From the IMG/VR virus record IMGVR_UViG_3300036944_001243: DNA of 17,595 bases; one strand, written 5' to 3'. Of the stretch, positions 7,836 to 15,255 are shown in pieces (the first letter of the stretch is position 1; each line of letters starts with the position of its first letter). Below the pieces are notes generated by a model. That model was not told the DNA's origin, searched no databases, and worked only from the letters and a program-made list of their open reading frames with translations. The DNA is from a virus (lineage: Duplodnaviria; Heunggongvirae; Uroviricota; Caudoviricetes). The position numbers and the translations under genes were made by a program.

Positions 7836-8471
7836 ATGGCACTTAGAACACTACCATTCAGACAATATAGCGAAACAGACGTTATCAACATGTTCGCTCT
7901 CGGGACTGGATATGTTAACGAAGCTGTAACCAACACTGGAAACGGTGATGCTGGAGTTTTCGTTACCGTTGAATCTGGAAACCTTAACGTTGATACCATT
8001 ACTTATGATAATGCTTATGCATCTTATCTTGGTAAGGTTGATTACCCATTCGTTGGATCTAATCAGTATCCAAGAGTTAGCCTTAGCTTGAAGCCAGCAA
8101 CCTCTGGTGAAGCGCTTATCGGTATGACTCTTCGTCAAACTGCAAAGACCGACGAAAACGGTGAAAAGCTTCTTTATTACCCACAAAAGGCTGAAGAACT
8201 TATGTGCATGCTTCCAGGACAATCTGTTCCTGTTGCTGCTCGCGGTATCTTCACCATTACTGATGCCGCTTATGTCGGTTCAATCGGTATCGGTTCTGGT
8301 CTTAAACTTCCATCTGGTGTTAGCGGTAAGCTCACTGGATGCGCAATCACAGATCCTACCCAAGTGGCTATCGTTATTGCAACTGGTTCCCGCACATCTT
8401 CTACTTCGATTGCGGACCAATTCGCAGGAACTACTACTGGCGCTTACGCGATCATCGGTCTTCGCCTCTAA
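7836..8471 (+). CDS. Probable capsid decoration/stabilisation protein
   Basis: A 211-aa G/A/T/S-rich, beta-type protein immediately upstream of the major capsid gene, with the same high-expression codon bias. Confidence 0.65.
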   Translation: MALRTLPFRQYSETDVINMFALGTGYVNEAVTNTGNGDAGVFVTVESGNLNVDTITYDNAYASYLGKVDYPFVGSNQYPRVSLSLKPATSGEALIGMTLRQTAKTDENGEKLLYYPQKAEELMCMLPGQSVPVAARGIFTITDAAYVGSIGIGSGLKLPSGVSGKLTGCAITDPTQVAIVIATGSRTSSTSIADQFAGTTTGAYAIIGLRL

Positions 8472-8492
8472 TACTAACCAAGAAATAATCAC

Positions 8493-9635
8493 ATGAAAAT
8501 TACTTTAAAAAGAACACCTGAACAAATCGAATTGATCAAGGCAATGGCATCCAAGAACAAGAATGTTGCTATGGAAGCTCAAATCGCTCTTGCTGAATTC
8601 ATCGGACCTGTTTTGGCGGAAGTGATCAATAATGCTCCTACTTTGAGCAATCTTTTCACCAGCCTTCAATTCAACGCTGACGACAATCCAAGCATTCCGC
8701 TTGACCTTTACTACGACGTAACCGCTGAAGACTATATCACCGTGTATAGCCAAAGCGCTGCGGGTGGTCTTCCACAGAACCAAGTTCTTCCAACTGTTTC
8801 TGAAATGAAGATTCACACCTATACCCTCGACTCAGCACTTAGCTTTGATAAGCGTTATGCTGCTAAGAGCCGTATGGACGTTGTTAGCAAGACCTTCACT
8901 CGCTTGGCTCAAGAAATTCTCTTCAAGCAAGAGAAGACTTCTGCAAACCTTCTTTTGGGATCTCTTGCAAATGCTACCACCAATGGTAAGAAGCACGTTC
9001 AACGTGCAAACACCAACGGTCGCTTCTTGCTTGCTGACCTTAACGAACTCTTCACCCTTGCTAAGAGAATCAACACCTCATGGCTTGGTGGAACTCCAGA
9101 ATCTCGTTCTGGAAGAGGTCTTACCGACCTTATCGTTTCTCCAGAAGTTGTTCAAGAGCTTCGCGCTATGGCTTACAACCCAATCAACACCAAGGGAGCC
9201 CCAGGAGCTAACGCTTCATATAACGGTATCACCGTTCCAGAAGAAATGAGAACCGCTATCTATAATAGCGCTGGTATCCCAGAATTCTACGGTGTTTCCA
9301 TCATGGAAATCAATGAGCTTGGTCGTGGTCAACGCTTCAACTCTGTCTTCGACGCAGTTGCAGGAACCACCAACTATTCAAATGTTGGAGCAACCTCTAC
9401 TGGTGTATTCGACGGAGCTAACGAAGAAATCATCATCGGTCTTGACCGTAGCCGCGACTCTCTTGTTCGCGCTGTTGCTGTTGACTCTGAAAATGGTTCT
9501 GAGTTCTCTCTTACCGCTGACGACCAATACAACTTGCGTCAGAACAAGATTGGATACTTCGGTTCCATGGAAGAAGGACGTATGGTTCTTGACACTCGCG
9601 CCCTCGTTGGTAAGATTGTTTCTGGACTTGCTTAA
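8493..9635 (+). CDS. Major capsid protein (HK97-fold expected)
   Basis: A 380-aa gene at the canonical position after protease-scaffold and decoration. It has a strong high-expression codon bias (TTC, AAC, GCT, CTT, CGC/CGT), a P-domain-like DLIVSPE segment and a strong terminator downstream. Confidence 0.88.
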   Translation: MKITLKRTPEQIELIKAMASKNKNVAMEAQIALAEFIGPVLAEVINNAPTLSNLFTSLQFNADDNPSIPLDLYYDVTAEDYITVYSQSAAGGLPQNQVLPTVSEMKIHTYTLDSALSFDKRYAAKSRMDVVSKTFTRLAQEILFKQEKTSANLLLGSLANATTNGKKHVQRANTNGRFLLADLNELFTLAKRINTSWLGGTPESRSGRGLTDLIVSPEVVQELRAMAYNPINTKGAPGANASYNGITVPEEMRTAIYNSAGIPEFYGVSIMEINELGRGQRFNSVFDAVAGTTNYSNVGATSTGVFDGANEEIIIGLDRSRDSLVRAVAVDSENGSEFSLTADDQYNLRQNKIGYFGSMEEGRMVLDTRALVGKIVSGLA

Positions 9636-9654
9636 TTCAAACCCCTATAATCAA

Positions 9655-9685
9655 GGGCCGCTCCGAAAGGGGCGGCTCTTTTTTT
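9655..9685 (+). terminator. Rho-independent terminator after major capsid gene
   Basis: GGGCCGCTCC-GAAA-GGGGCGGCTC forms a 10-bp stem with 2 G:U pairs and is followed by T7. Confidence 0.92.
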
Positions 9686-9720
9686 GTTTAAAAATTGCAC
9701 TTATTTTTTATAATTAGATT

Positions 9721-10164
9721 ATGGAAGAATTTGAAACCACAAACGGAGCATTACAAAATCAAGAGTCTATCGGAAGCGTAGATAACCCAAAAGGACTTCT
9801 GCAAGAAATCCAAGAAATGAGACAAAATGGTCAAGTATCAAGCCCAGAATTTATTGCAAAGATGAGACAGTTAGAAGTCGTATTAGGCATCTCTCAAATC
9901 AGCCCATTCGGCACAAATGAATTGGAAATCTTTGAAGAAAATCTCCAATCAATGGGCAACTCTGATATGCAAAGACTAGCAACAAAGGTAGGAGTCAATC
10001 CATTTCAGGACAGAGCAATCCTTAAAAAAATCCTTATCAAAGAATTCAAGGACCAAACTAAGAATAGCCGCCGAAACATTATGCCAACGGCAATCAATAG
10101 TTTTATTCCTGATCTTGCTAATCCTAAGCATCAGAAATTAATGAAAATCCTTGGGGACAATTAA
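9721..10164 (+). CDS. Hypothetical protein, possible helix-extension-helix (LEM/SAP/Rho-N-like) segment
   Basis: A 147-aa ORF. LQSMGNSDMQRLATKVGVNPFQDRAILKKILIKEF resembles a small two-helix nucleic-acid/protein-binding module by visual pattern only. Confidence 0.7.
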   Translation: MEEFETTNGALQNQESIGSVDNPKGLLQEIQEMRQNGQVSSPEFIAKMRQLEVVLGISQISPFGTNELEIFEENLQSMGNSDMQRLATKVGVNPFQDRAILKKILIKEFKDQTKNSRRNIMPTAINSFIPDLANPKHQKLMKILGDN

Positions 10165-10179
10165 GTGTAATATATTACA
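10165..10179 (+). promoter_or_regulatory. Candidate late-promoter motif GTGTAATATA within a perfect 14-bp palindrome
   Basis: GTGTAA (10165-10170) ends 8 nt before the ATG at 10179. TGTAATATATTACA (10166-10179) is self-complementary. Confidence 0.5.
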
Positions 10180-10658
10180 TGAGTGTTCTTAGCGATTTAG
10201 CATTAAAAATCTTTCAAACAGAATTTGACGGTGATACTGGAGTAGTGTATCAATCTTACATTGAAGCTTGGCTTAATAATAACCTTGGCCAACTCAATAC
10301 TAGATTAAATGAGTCTTTTAGTGGAGTTGATGCTCCATTGAATTTAGAGGCCCAATCAATCTACAAAGAGATGTATATGGGTAGTTACTACCGAAAGCAG
10401 TCTAGAAGCGCTCTGAGGGGTCTTATAGGCAATACAAATGGCGCTGACATCCTAAGTCTTAGAGATGGAAACAGCGCTGTATCATTTACCAATAAAAACG
10501 AAGTCGCTAAAGTTTATAAATCAATGGCTGATGACTGCGAGAAGAAAATCAATGAATTATCTCACAGGTATAATATTTATCAAGCCGAACCTCTTCAATT
10601 AGGAGGTATTGAAACAACAGTATTGTCAACGATAGGAATGTATAACAAAGTTGGATAA
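10179..10658 (+). CDS. Probable head-tail adaptor/connector protein
   Basis: A 159-aa, mostly helical protein with an LSLRDGNSAVSF beta-hairpin-like segment, placed after the capsid genes. The call rests on size and position. Confidence 0.55.
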   Translation: MSVLSDLALKIFQTEFDGDTGVVYQSYIEAWLNNNLGQLNTRLNESFSGVDAPLNLEAQSIYKEMYMGSYYRKQSRSALRGLIGNTNGADILSLRDGNSAVSFTNKNEVAKVYKSMADDCEKKINELSHRYNIYQAEPLQLGGIETTVLSTIGMYNKVG

Positions 10659-10659
10659 C

Positions 10660-10687
10660 AAAAAAGCCCGCCTTTCGGCGGGCTTTT
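10660..10687. terminator. Bidirectional intrinsic terminator between convergent head and tail blocks
   Basis: A6-GCCCGCC-TTTC-GGCGGGC-T4 is a perfect 7-bp GC stem with U-tracts on both strands, lying between stops at 10658 (+) and 10692 (-). Confidence 0.92.
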
Positions 10688-10691
10688 CAGT

Positions 10692-11663
10692 TTATACTGT
10701 TATACCACTAAAGTTAACATATAGCTTTCGAAGAGGAGGAATTAGAGCCGCGACATCTGCGGCTGTTGTGTCAATTCGAATAGTATGATCGTTGATTTTT
10801 GTATACTGAATCATTGGTTCATTTGCATATACATTAACTGATCCATATTGCTCACCAGAAATGAATGCTGTATTGTTAAATGGTGCAGGAGGGTAAAGTC
10901 CTCTATTAATATCTGGAGAATTATTTTTATATAAAGCGTTTCCACTCCAATAAAATTCTATGCAAGAATTAGTATCCCACTCACCGCTTGAAAAATTAAG
11001 TGTTTGCATTTGCGAGTTTGAATCTAACCCTTTAACTATGATTCCTGTTGAGTCGAGACTGTTAATATTCACCCTTCTTGCCTGCCAAGAATAAGAATTT
11101 TTGTCAATTATAAAACCTGATAAACCTGTTAATGCAGTTACGTTCGCTTCAAACCAATCGAACTCGCCCATATCAACAAATCCATTTTCGTCATACTCTC
11201 CTTCTAAAATATCTCTTGCAGCCACTGGCCCCCACGTTAAATTAATAATATTTTCATTATACGCACCATATGCTGTAAATGATAAACCTGGAGGCGTAAA
11301 CGCAGTAGTTCCCATTGCCCAAAAACCTCCTGATGTATAAGCAACAGTAAAAGTTGATTCATTTTGATCATTCCATACCCCGCTATTATTTTTGATTAAA
11401 ACATAATCCGTATAAGAGCTAATATCTACATACGCTTCATCAAATGGAAGCTGCACGTTATCCATTGCAATTACTTTTAATTTACCAGAAACACCCACTG
11501 GCGCACCATCGAATGAGAATGTTATGATTGGATTTGTTTTATCTAAATCTGTTACAGATGATTTTATAGAACTATATAATCCTAAATGTTCTGGAGGTGC
11601 GATATTAGAACCAGCCCAAGATCCTGTTGGTGTTTCAAAATCTACATAATTAATTGTTGACAT
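10692..11663 (-). CDS. Hypothetical beta-rich (probably virion-associated) protein
   Basis: A 323-aa intact ORF rich in S/T/G/N/W/Y, downstream of the major tail gene and separated from it by a hairpin. No family was recognised. Confidence 0.75.
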   Translation of the reverse strand: MSTINYVDFETPTGSWAGSNIAPPEHLGLYSSIKSSVTDLDKTNPIITFSFDGAPVGVSGKLKVIAMDNVQLPFDEAYVDISSYTDYVLIKNNSGVWNDQNESTFTVAYTSGGFWAMGTTAFTPPGLSFTAYGAYNENIINLTWGPVAARDILEGEYDENGFVDMGEFDWFEANVTALTGLSGFIIDKNSYSWQARRVNINSLDSTGIIVKGLDSNSQMQTLNFSSGEWDTNSCIEFYWSGNALYKNNSPDINRGLYPPAPFNNTAFISGEQYGSVNVYANEPMIQYTKINDHTIRIDTTAADVAALIPPLRKLYVNFSGITV

Positions 11664-11696
11664 TTTTTTTATTTGTTAATTTATTTTGGCCCCTGT

Positions 11697-11732
11697 GAAA
11701 TAATAAGGGGAGCTAGTTTCCTAGCCCCCCTA
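11697..11732 (-). terminator. Probable leaky intrinsic terminator after major tail gene
   Basis: On the - strand, AGGGGGGCTAG-GAAA-CTAGCTCCCCT forms an 11-bp stem with one G:U pair, followed by an interrupted U-tract TATTATTT. Confidence 0.7.
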
Positions 11733-11750
11733 TGTTTGATTTATTTAATT

Positions 11751-11821
11751 TTATGGGACGAAAGCCCCGTAAACGCCGAATGCATCAAACGTTGTTGGTT
11801 CAGAGGGGCTAATTAAAAAGG
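11751..11821 (-). other. Candidate programmed -1 frameshift site and C-terminal extension of major tail protein (LISPSEPTTFDAFGVYGAFVP*)
   Basis: The gene ends CCT TTT TAA. The -1 frame continues for 21 sense codons to a TAA at 11751-11753, just before the terminator. The segment is about half G+C (31/59 nt by hand count) and has a GCCCC...GGGGC stem starting shortly downstream of the U run. Confidence 0.4.
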
Positions 11822-12949
11822 TGCTCCTGTATAGGAGCCACTTACTCTGATACCGTTAACAGCGTCGTTAGCACCACCAATTTGAGTTGAGAATGTCAAG
11901 TCAACGGTCTTATTTGAACCGATTGAGCTTGAGAAACCAATCGAATCCAACTGAGCTTGAGTGATGGTATATCTAACGGCAACTTCATTTGTTGTTCCAG
12001 GTTTCTTGATGCTGATGGTAATGTCGTTCTTAGGATTTTGTTCAATAAGATCAACCAAGCTTCCTCTTGAGGTTTCAGCTTGAATACCATTAACAGTAAG
12101 AGTAGAAACAATTGGGAAGTCAACAGTTCTCGCGAATGCGAACTTGGTTCCGAGTTGTTGGATTGGAGTTCTTCCCAATGGAAGAGCAAGACTTACACTT
12201 TGAACGTGAAGTTCTTCGTCTCCAAGCTTAGTGAATCCACCGACACCGCTTCCAGTAGCTGCGAAACCACCAAAGGAAATGGTTACATCACCTGGTCGAA
12301 GAGCTGAAATGACATTGCTGCCTTCTTCACCCGAAACAATTTGATTGCTTGGATTCTTTAAGAATGCGGGTCTATCCACAGAAGTTCCAGACTGAGGAAT
12401 GATACCTGCTCCAGAACCACTATTTCCACCGCTGAAGGTAAATGCATTCATGTTTGAACCTTCAAAGCTTACAGATGCGGTAGGAATGCTGCCAACAGCA
12501 AGATCAAGTGTGTAGTTAGTAAGATATGCATTACCAATACCAATTGCTGATTTACCACTCAAGCCAGCGGCTCCTGTTTCAGCGTTAAGGTCGGAACCTT
12601 CATTGGTGGTAACGATATAGAAGTTACGACCAGTTCCGTCTTGAACGTGACCAGATGGGAATTGGCCAGCGCTTGCACCACCAGTTTGAACATAGAAACC
12701 AAGGGCTCCTTCATTCTTACCGTCAGTTACGTAGTAGGTGAAATCAAGACCAACAGTAGGAGTTTCAAGAACAATAGAGTCAATACGAGCAAGCTGCCCA
12801 TATTGGTTAACGTCTTGACGCGCAATGTTGAAATTGTAGTTAGCTGATTGAACTCTCTTTAATTGAAAGTGATCTCCGCTGCCAGTAGAATTGTATTCTT
12901 TACTTACATAAAGACCTTCAGATTGATAAATTACTCTGTTTCTTGCCAT
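11813..12949 (-). CDS. Major tail (tube) protein
   Basis: A 378-aa G/S/T-rich beta protein with the same high-expression codon bias as the capsid gene. It follows the terminator-like gene and has tube-like segments (RVQSANYNFNIARQDVNQYGQL, SSSIGSNKTVDLTFSTQIG). Confidence 0.72.
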   Translation of the reverse strand: MARNRVIYQSEGLYVSKEYNSTGSGDHFQLKRVQSANYNFNIARQDVNQYGQLARIDSIVLETPTVGLDFTYYVTDGKNEGALGFYVQTGGASAGQFPSGHVQDGTGRNFYIVTTNEGSDLNAETGAAGLSGKSAIGIGNAYLTNYTLDLAVGSIPTASVSFEGSNMNAFTFSGGNSGSGAGIIPQSGTSVDRPAFLKNPSNQIVSGEEGSNVISALRPGDVTISFGGFAATGSGVGGFTKLGDEELHVQSVSLALPLGRTPIQQLGTKFAFARTVDFPIVSTLTVNGIQAETSRGSLVDLIEQNPKNDITISIKKPGTTNEVAVRYTITQAQLDSIGFSSSIGSNKTVDLTFSTQIGGANDAVNGIRVSGSYTGAPF

Positions 12950-12970
12950 AAATTTTTATGTTTACTGTCT

Positions 12971-12985
12971 TTACAACTTAATTGA
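12971..12985 (-). promoter_or_regulatory. Candidate late-promoter motif variant (CAATTAAGTTGTAAA) upstream of major tail gene
   Basis: TTGTAA ends 21 nt before the ATG at 12949. The flanking CAATTAAGT is shared with the motif before 10179 (CAATTAAGTGTAA). Confidence 0.4.
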
Positions 12986-13000
12986 AAAAAAGTGAAATTT

Positions 13001-13849
13001 TTATATTCTAGGATAACGTTGTTGATGTATCTCAAAATCAATAAATCCAACATGCAAATCGTTAGTTAAGCTTTTAGCAGATTTGTCTGATAGCTTTGAA
13101 GTATCAACGTCATTTACAAAAAATAATTGACTTGATTGATACTGAGTTTTTAATGCTTCGTAAGAATAAATTCCGCTTTTTAAATCACCATATTCAGTGA
13201 CTGGATGAGCCTCAAATGGAATAGTTGGAAACACAGATTGTTTTGAATCAGCAAAGATTGAAAGAACTCCTTCCAATTGATAAGAATTTTCGGCCAAAAC
13301 AACAGCCTTCATTAGTATTTTGGTTGTATCTTCACCACCAAAGGAGAATGGATCATTTTTAACTGTAGAGCTAGATAAGAAAATAGCAGGAACGACCGCA
13401 TCATAAGGGTTTATGTAATTTTCTTGAGGTGAGTATACTCTAGGATTTGCCACATACTTTCGGTCAACCAATAAGTCTTCTTCTGTTTCATTGGTAAAGT
13501 AAATGTTGAAATCTTTAACCGCAAAAGAACCTGTTACCGAATCAGTCTGTGAAATTCCGCTAGACAAAATGCGCCCATTGTCAAAATCAAAGATGACGCC
13601 GCTGTTACGATTTTGCTGCACTCCATTTACGAATACTCCTGTTGGAATATTAGCGCCACTAATTGAACTATCTGTTACCCATTGCTTATAAGGACTGCCG
13701 AAAGTTTTAAAACGAGGATCTAAGCGATCATCGGCGTAATAATAGAATTTGCCAGTTTTGTTGGAAAAAGCTTCTCCTTTTTTGATAAGATAATTATCAA
13801 ACCATAGAAAAAAAGAAGTAGTGGCGCTGTGAATGAATTGCGGTTTCAT
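13001..13849 (-). CDS. Probable tail terminator / tail completion protein
   Basis: A 282-aa gene immediately upstream of the major tail gene, with a VPAIFL...F.FGG...KAVVLAENSYQLEGVLSIF pattern. It is ATGA-coupled to the upstream gene. The call is mainly from gene order. Confidence 0.5.
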   Translation of the reverse strand: MKPQFIHSATTSFFLWFDNYLIKKGEAFSNKTGKFYYYADDRLDPRFKTFGSPYKQWVTDSSISGANIPTGVFVNGVQQNRNSGVIFDFDNGRILSSGISQTDSVTGSFAVKDFNIYFTNETEEDLLVDRKYVANPRVYSPQENYINPYDAVVPAIFLSSSTVKNDPFSFGGEDTTKILMKAVVLAENSYQLEGVLSIFADSKQSVFPTIPFEAHPVTEYGDLKSGIYSYEALKTQYQSSQLFFVNDVDTSKLSDKSAKSLTNDLHVGFIDFEIHQQRYPRI

Positions 13850-14463
13850 ATTTTAGATATTTTTATTTTAGAGTAATTTATTGATGTGAATTTTTGGGCA
13901 TATTTATTTATAAGTGCAGAAATATAAGGAGTGTTTGTAAATTTCCCAGTTGATATTTTTTTATCAATTTGAATACCACCTTCGGATCTTCCTTGGTTGA
14001 ATTTTTGAATATAAAAACCAAGCCCCGAAATTCCAGATTCTATGCCTTTCGCCCAACTTCTTCCAGATGCCCATGGCATAGGAGTTTTAGAGAATATCGA
14101 TTCGCTTGTTGGTATTGTTATTTTTACAATGAAATTTTTTCTATTAGAATATAAAAATTTAATATTTGATTGCTCTAAAACATTCAAAATATCCAGAATA
14201 GGATTATCTGAAGCTTCGAATCCGATAAAGGAGAAAAGATTGCCTGTTCGATTAGATAAAGTTCCAGAAGTGTTTTCAGCATTGACTCCACCCATGATCT
14301 CTTCTGTTACTGGATGGCTCATGAATTCTTGAATCATTTCATCTTTGATTCTATTGAATTCATCAGTGAGTGATTGCTGCAAATATTCCTTAGCTATAAT
14401 TTGAATAGCCTTTTCCGCAGCTTTGTCTAAAACTTGTTTTGGTATTTTGATTTGCCGACTCAT
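13846..14463 (-). CDS. Probable neck / tail-completion protein (HK97 gp10-like position)
   Basis: A 205-aa basic protein ATGA-coupled on both sides, lying between the probable head closure and terminator genes. Confidence 0.5.
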   Translation of the reverse strand: MSRQIKIPKQVLDKAAEKAIQIIAKEYLQQSLTDEFNRIKDEMIQEFMSHPVTEEIMGGVNAENTSGTLSNRTGNLFSFIGFEASDNPILDILNVLEQSNIKFLYSNRKNFIVKITIPTSESIFSKTPMPWASGRSWAKGIESGISGLGFYIQKFNQGRSEGGIQIDKKISTGKFTNTPYISALINKYAQKFTSINYSKIKISKI

Positions 14464-14918
14464 TCATTAAGTGGTGTTAGATAGAATTCATAGAAAATAT
14501 TATTAAATAAACCTCCTGGATTACCTGAACTGCGAACAGAGAATATGGTTCCATCGAATTCAATTTTACGAGATTCTTTGATAAACAAATAAGCATCCGC
14601 CTCTACAACAATCTTTACTGATCCATCTGGGAGAATAACTTTATCGTTTGATCCGTTAGCATTGCCGCCATTAGCAAAAAATTCTTGCTCAGATTTTATA
14701 TAATAAATTCGGGCGTTAAATTTCTTAACAACCATTTCATATTGAATGCTTTGACTCGGACCCTTATCTCCATAAATACTATTATACGCTGGAGAACTGC
14801 TGATGCAAATACCTTGCGCATTTTTATAAACAGTAATTTCTTTGATAAATGTATCGTGCAGATTTCTCATAACCGTCTCGATACTTTGTTGTCTTGATTC
14901 ACTAATTAAACTCGGCAT
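14460..14918 (-). CDS. Probable head closure (stopper) protein; start revised to ATG 14918 (152 aa, MPSLISESRQQ...)
   Basis: The ORF track's start at 14975 overlaps the divergent gene. The ATG at 14918 lies 8 nt downstream of a GTGTAA motif. The C-terminus KIEFDGTIFSV...FYEFYL resembles SPP1 gp16-type beta proteins. Confidence 0.6.
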   Translation of the reverse strand: MPSLISESRQQSIETVMRNLHDTFIKEITVYKNAQGICISSSPAYNSIYGDKGPSQSIQYEMVVKKFNARIYYIKSEQEFFANGGNANGSNDKVILPDGSVKIVVEADAYLFIKESRKIEFDGTIFSVRSSGNPGGLFNNIFYEFYLTPLNE

Positions 14919-14926
14919 ATTGAATT

Positions 14927-14932
14927 TTACAC
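14927..14932 (-). promoter_or_regulatory. Candidate late-promoter motif GTGTAA in the divergent intergenic region
   Basis: On the - strand the sequence reads AAAAAGTGTAAAATTCAAT-ATG, an 8-nt spacing like the copies before portal and the adaptor gene. Confidence 0.5.
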
Positions 14933-14963
14933 TTTTTTTTATATTATTAAATAAGGTATAAGG

Positions 14964-15251
14964 ATGAATGCTCAAAATTCACTAGAAAAACGATACAAAC
15001 AATCGACAACTTTCTTATTTAAAGTAATGTTGAAGATTATTGAAGATATGAAAGCTGATCATGATTATCATTATCAGAAATTATACGAGAACATCCCAAG
15101 TGAATATCACTCAATCATAAATGCCGCAAATCATTTTGATGATAGTAAATTAACTTGGATTAGAAAAAAAATTCTAGACACTGGCAACGAATCTTTGAGG
15201 GATTTTACTTCAGAACTAGAAAATTACACAGTAACATTTATATTTAAATAA
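14964..15251 (+). CDS. Hypothetical protein (95 aa)
   Basis: An intact helical-looking ORF and the first gene of the rightward tail block, ending 4 nt before the next ATG. Confidence 0.7.
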   Translation: MNAQNSLEKRYKQSTTFLFKVMLKIIEDMKADHDYHYQKLYENIPSEYHSIINAANHFDDSKLTWIRKKILDTGNESLRDFTSELENYTVTFIFK

Positions 15252-15255
15252 CCAT

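Noticed and set aside
8161-8496. 111-aa +1-frame ORF whose stop overlaps the capsid ATG (ATGA)
   Set aside because: Its composition is typical of an off-frame read of the decoration gene, no slippery site was seen, and the overlap is probably chance.
9695-9714. Sigma70-like TTGCAC...TATAAT promoter before the 147-aa gene
   Set aside because: The spacer is only 8 nt rather than about 17.
9292-9717. Possible +1 frameshift extension of the major capsid protein
   Set aside because: CTT GCT TAA gives no re-pairing for the P-site tRNA, and the extension would run through the terminator hairpin and U-tract.
11755-11775. GGGACGAAAGCCCCGTAAAC on the + strand, reminiscent of part of a c-di-GMP-I riboswitch or hammerhead GAAA
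   Set aside because: It is antisense to the local genes, and the other required elements (P1/P2 with tetraloop receptor, CUGAUGA) are missing.
10659-14963. Active site-specific invertible segment
   Set aside because: There are no matching inverted repeats at the two ends beyond A/T tracts, and no recombinase gene in the window.
14919-14975. ORF-track start at 14975 for the closure gene
   Set aside because: It would overlap the divergent gene and translate the AT-rich control region. ATG 14918 fits the motif spacing better.
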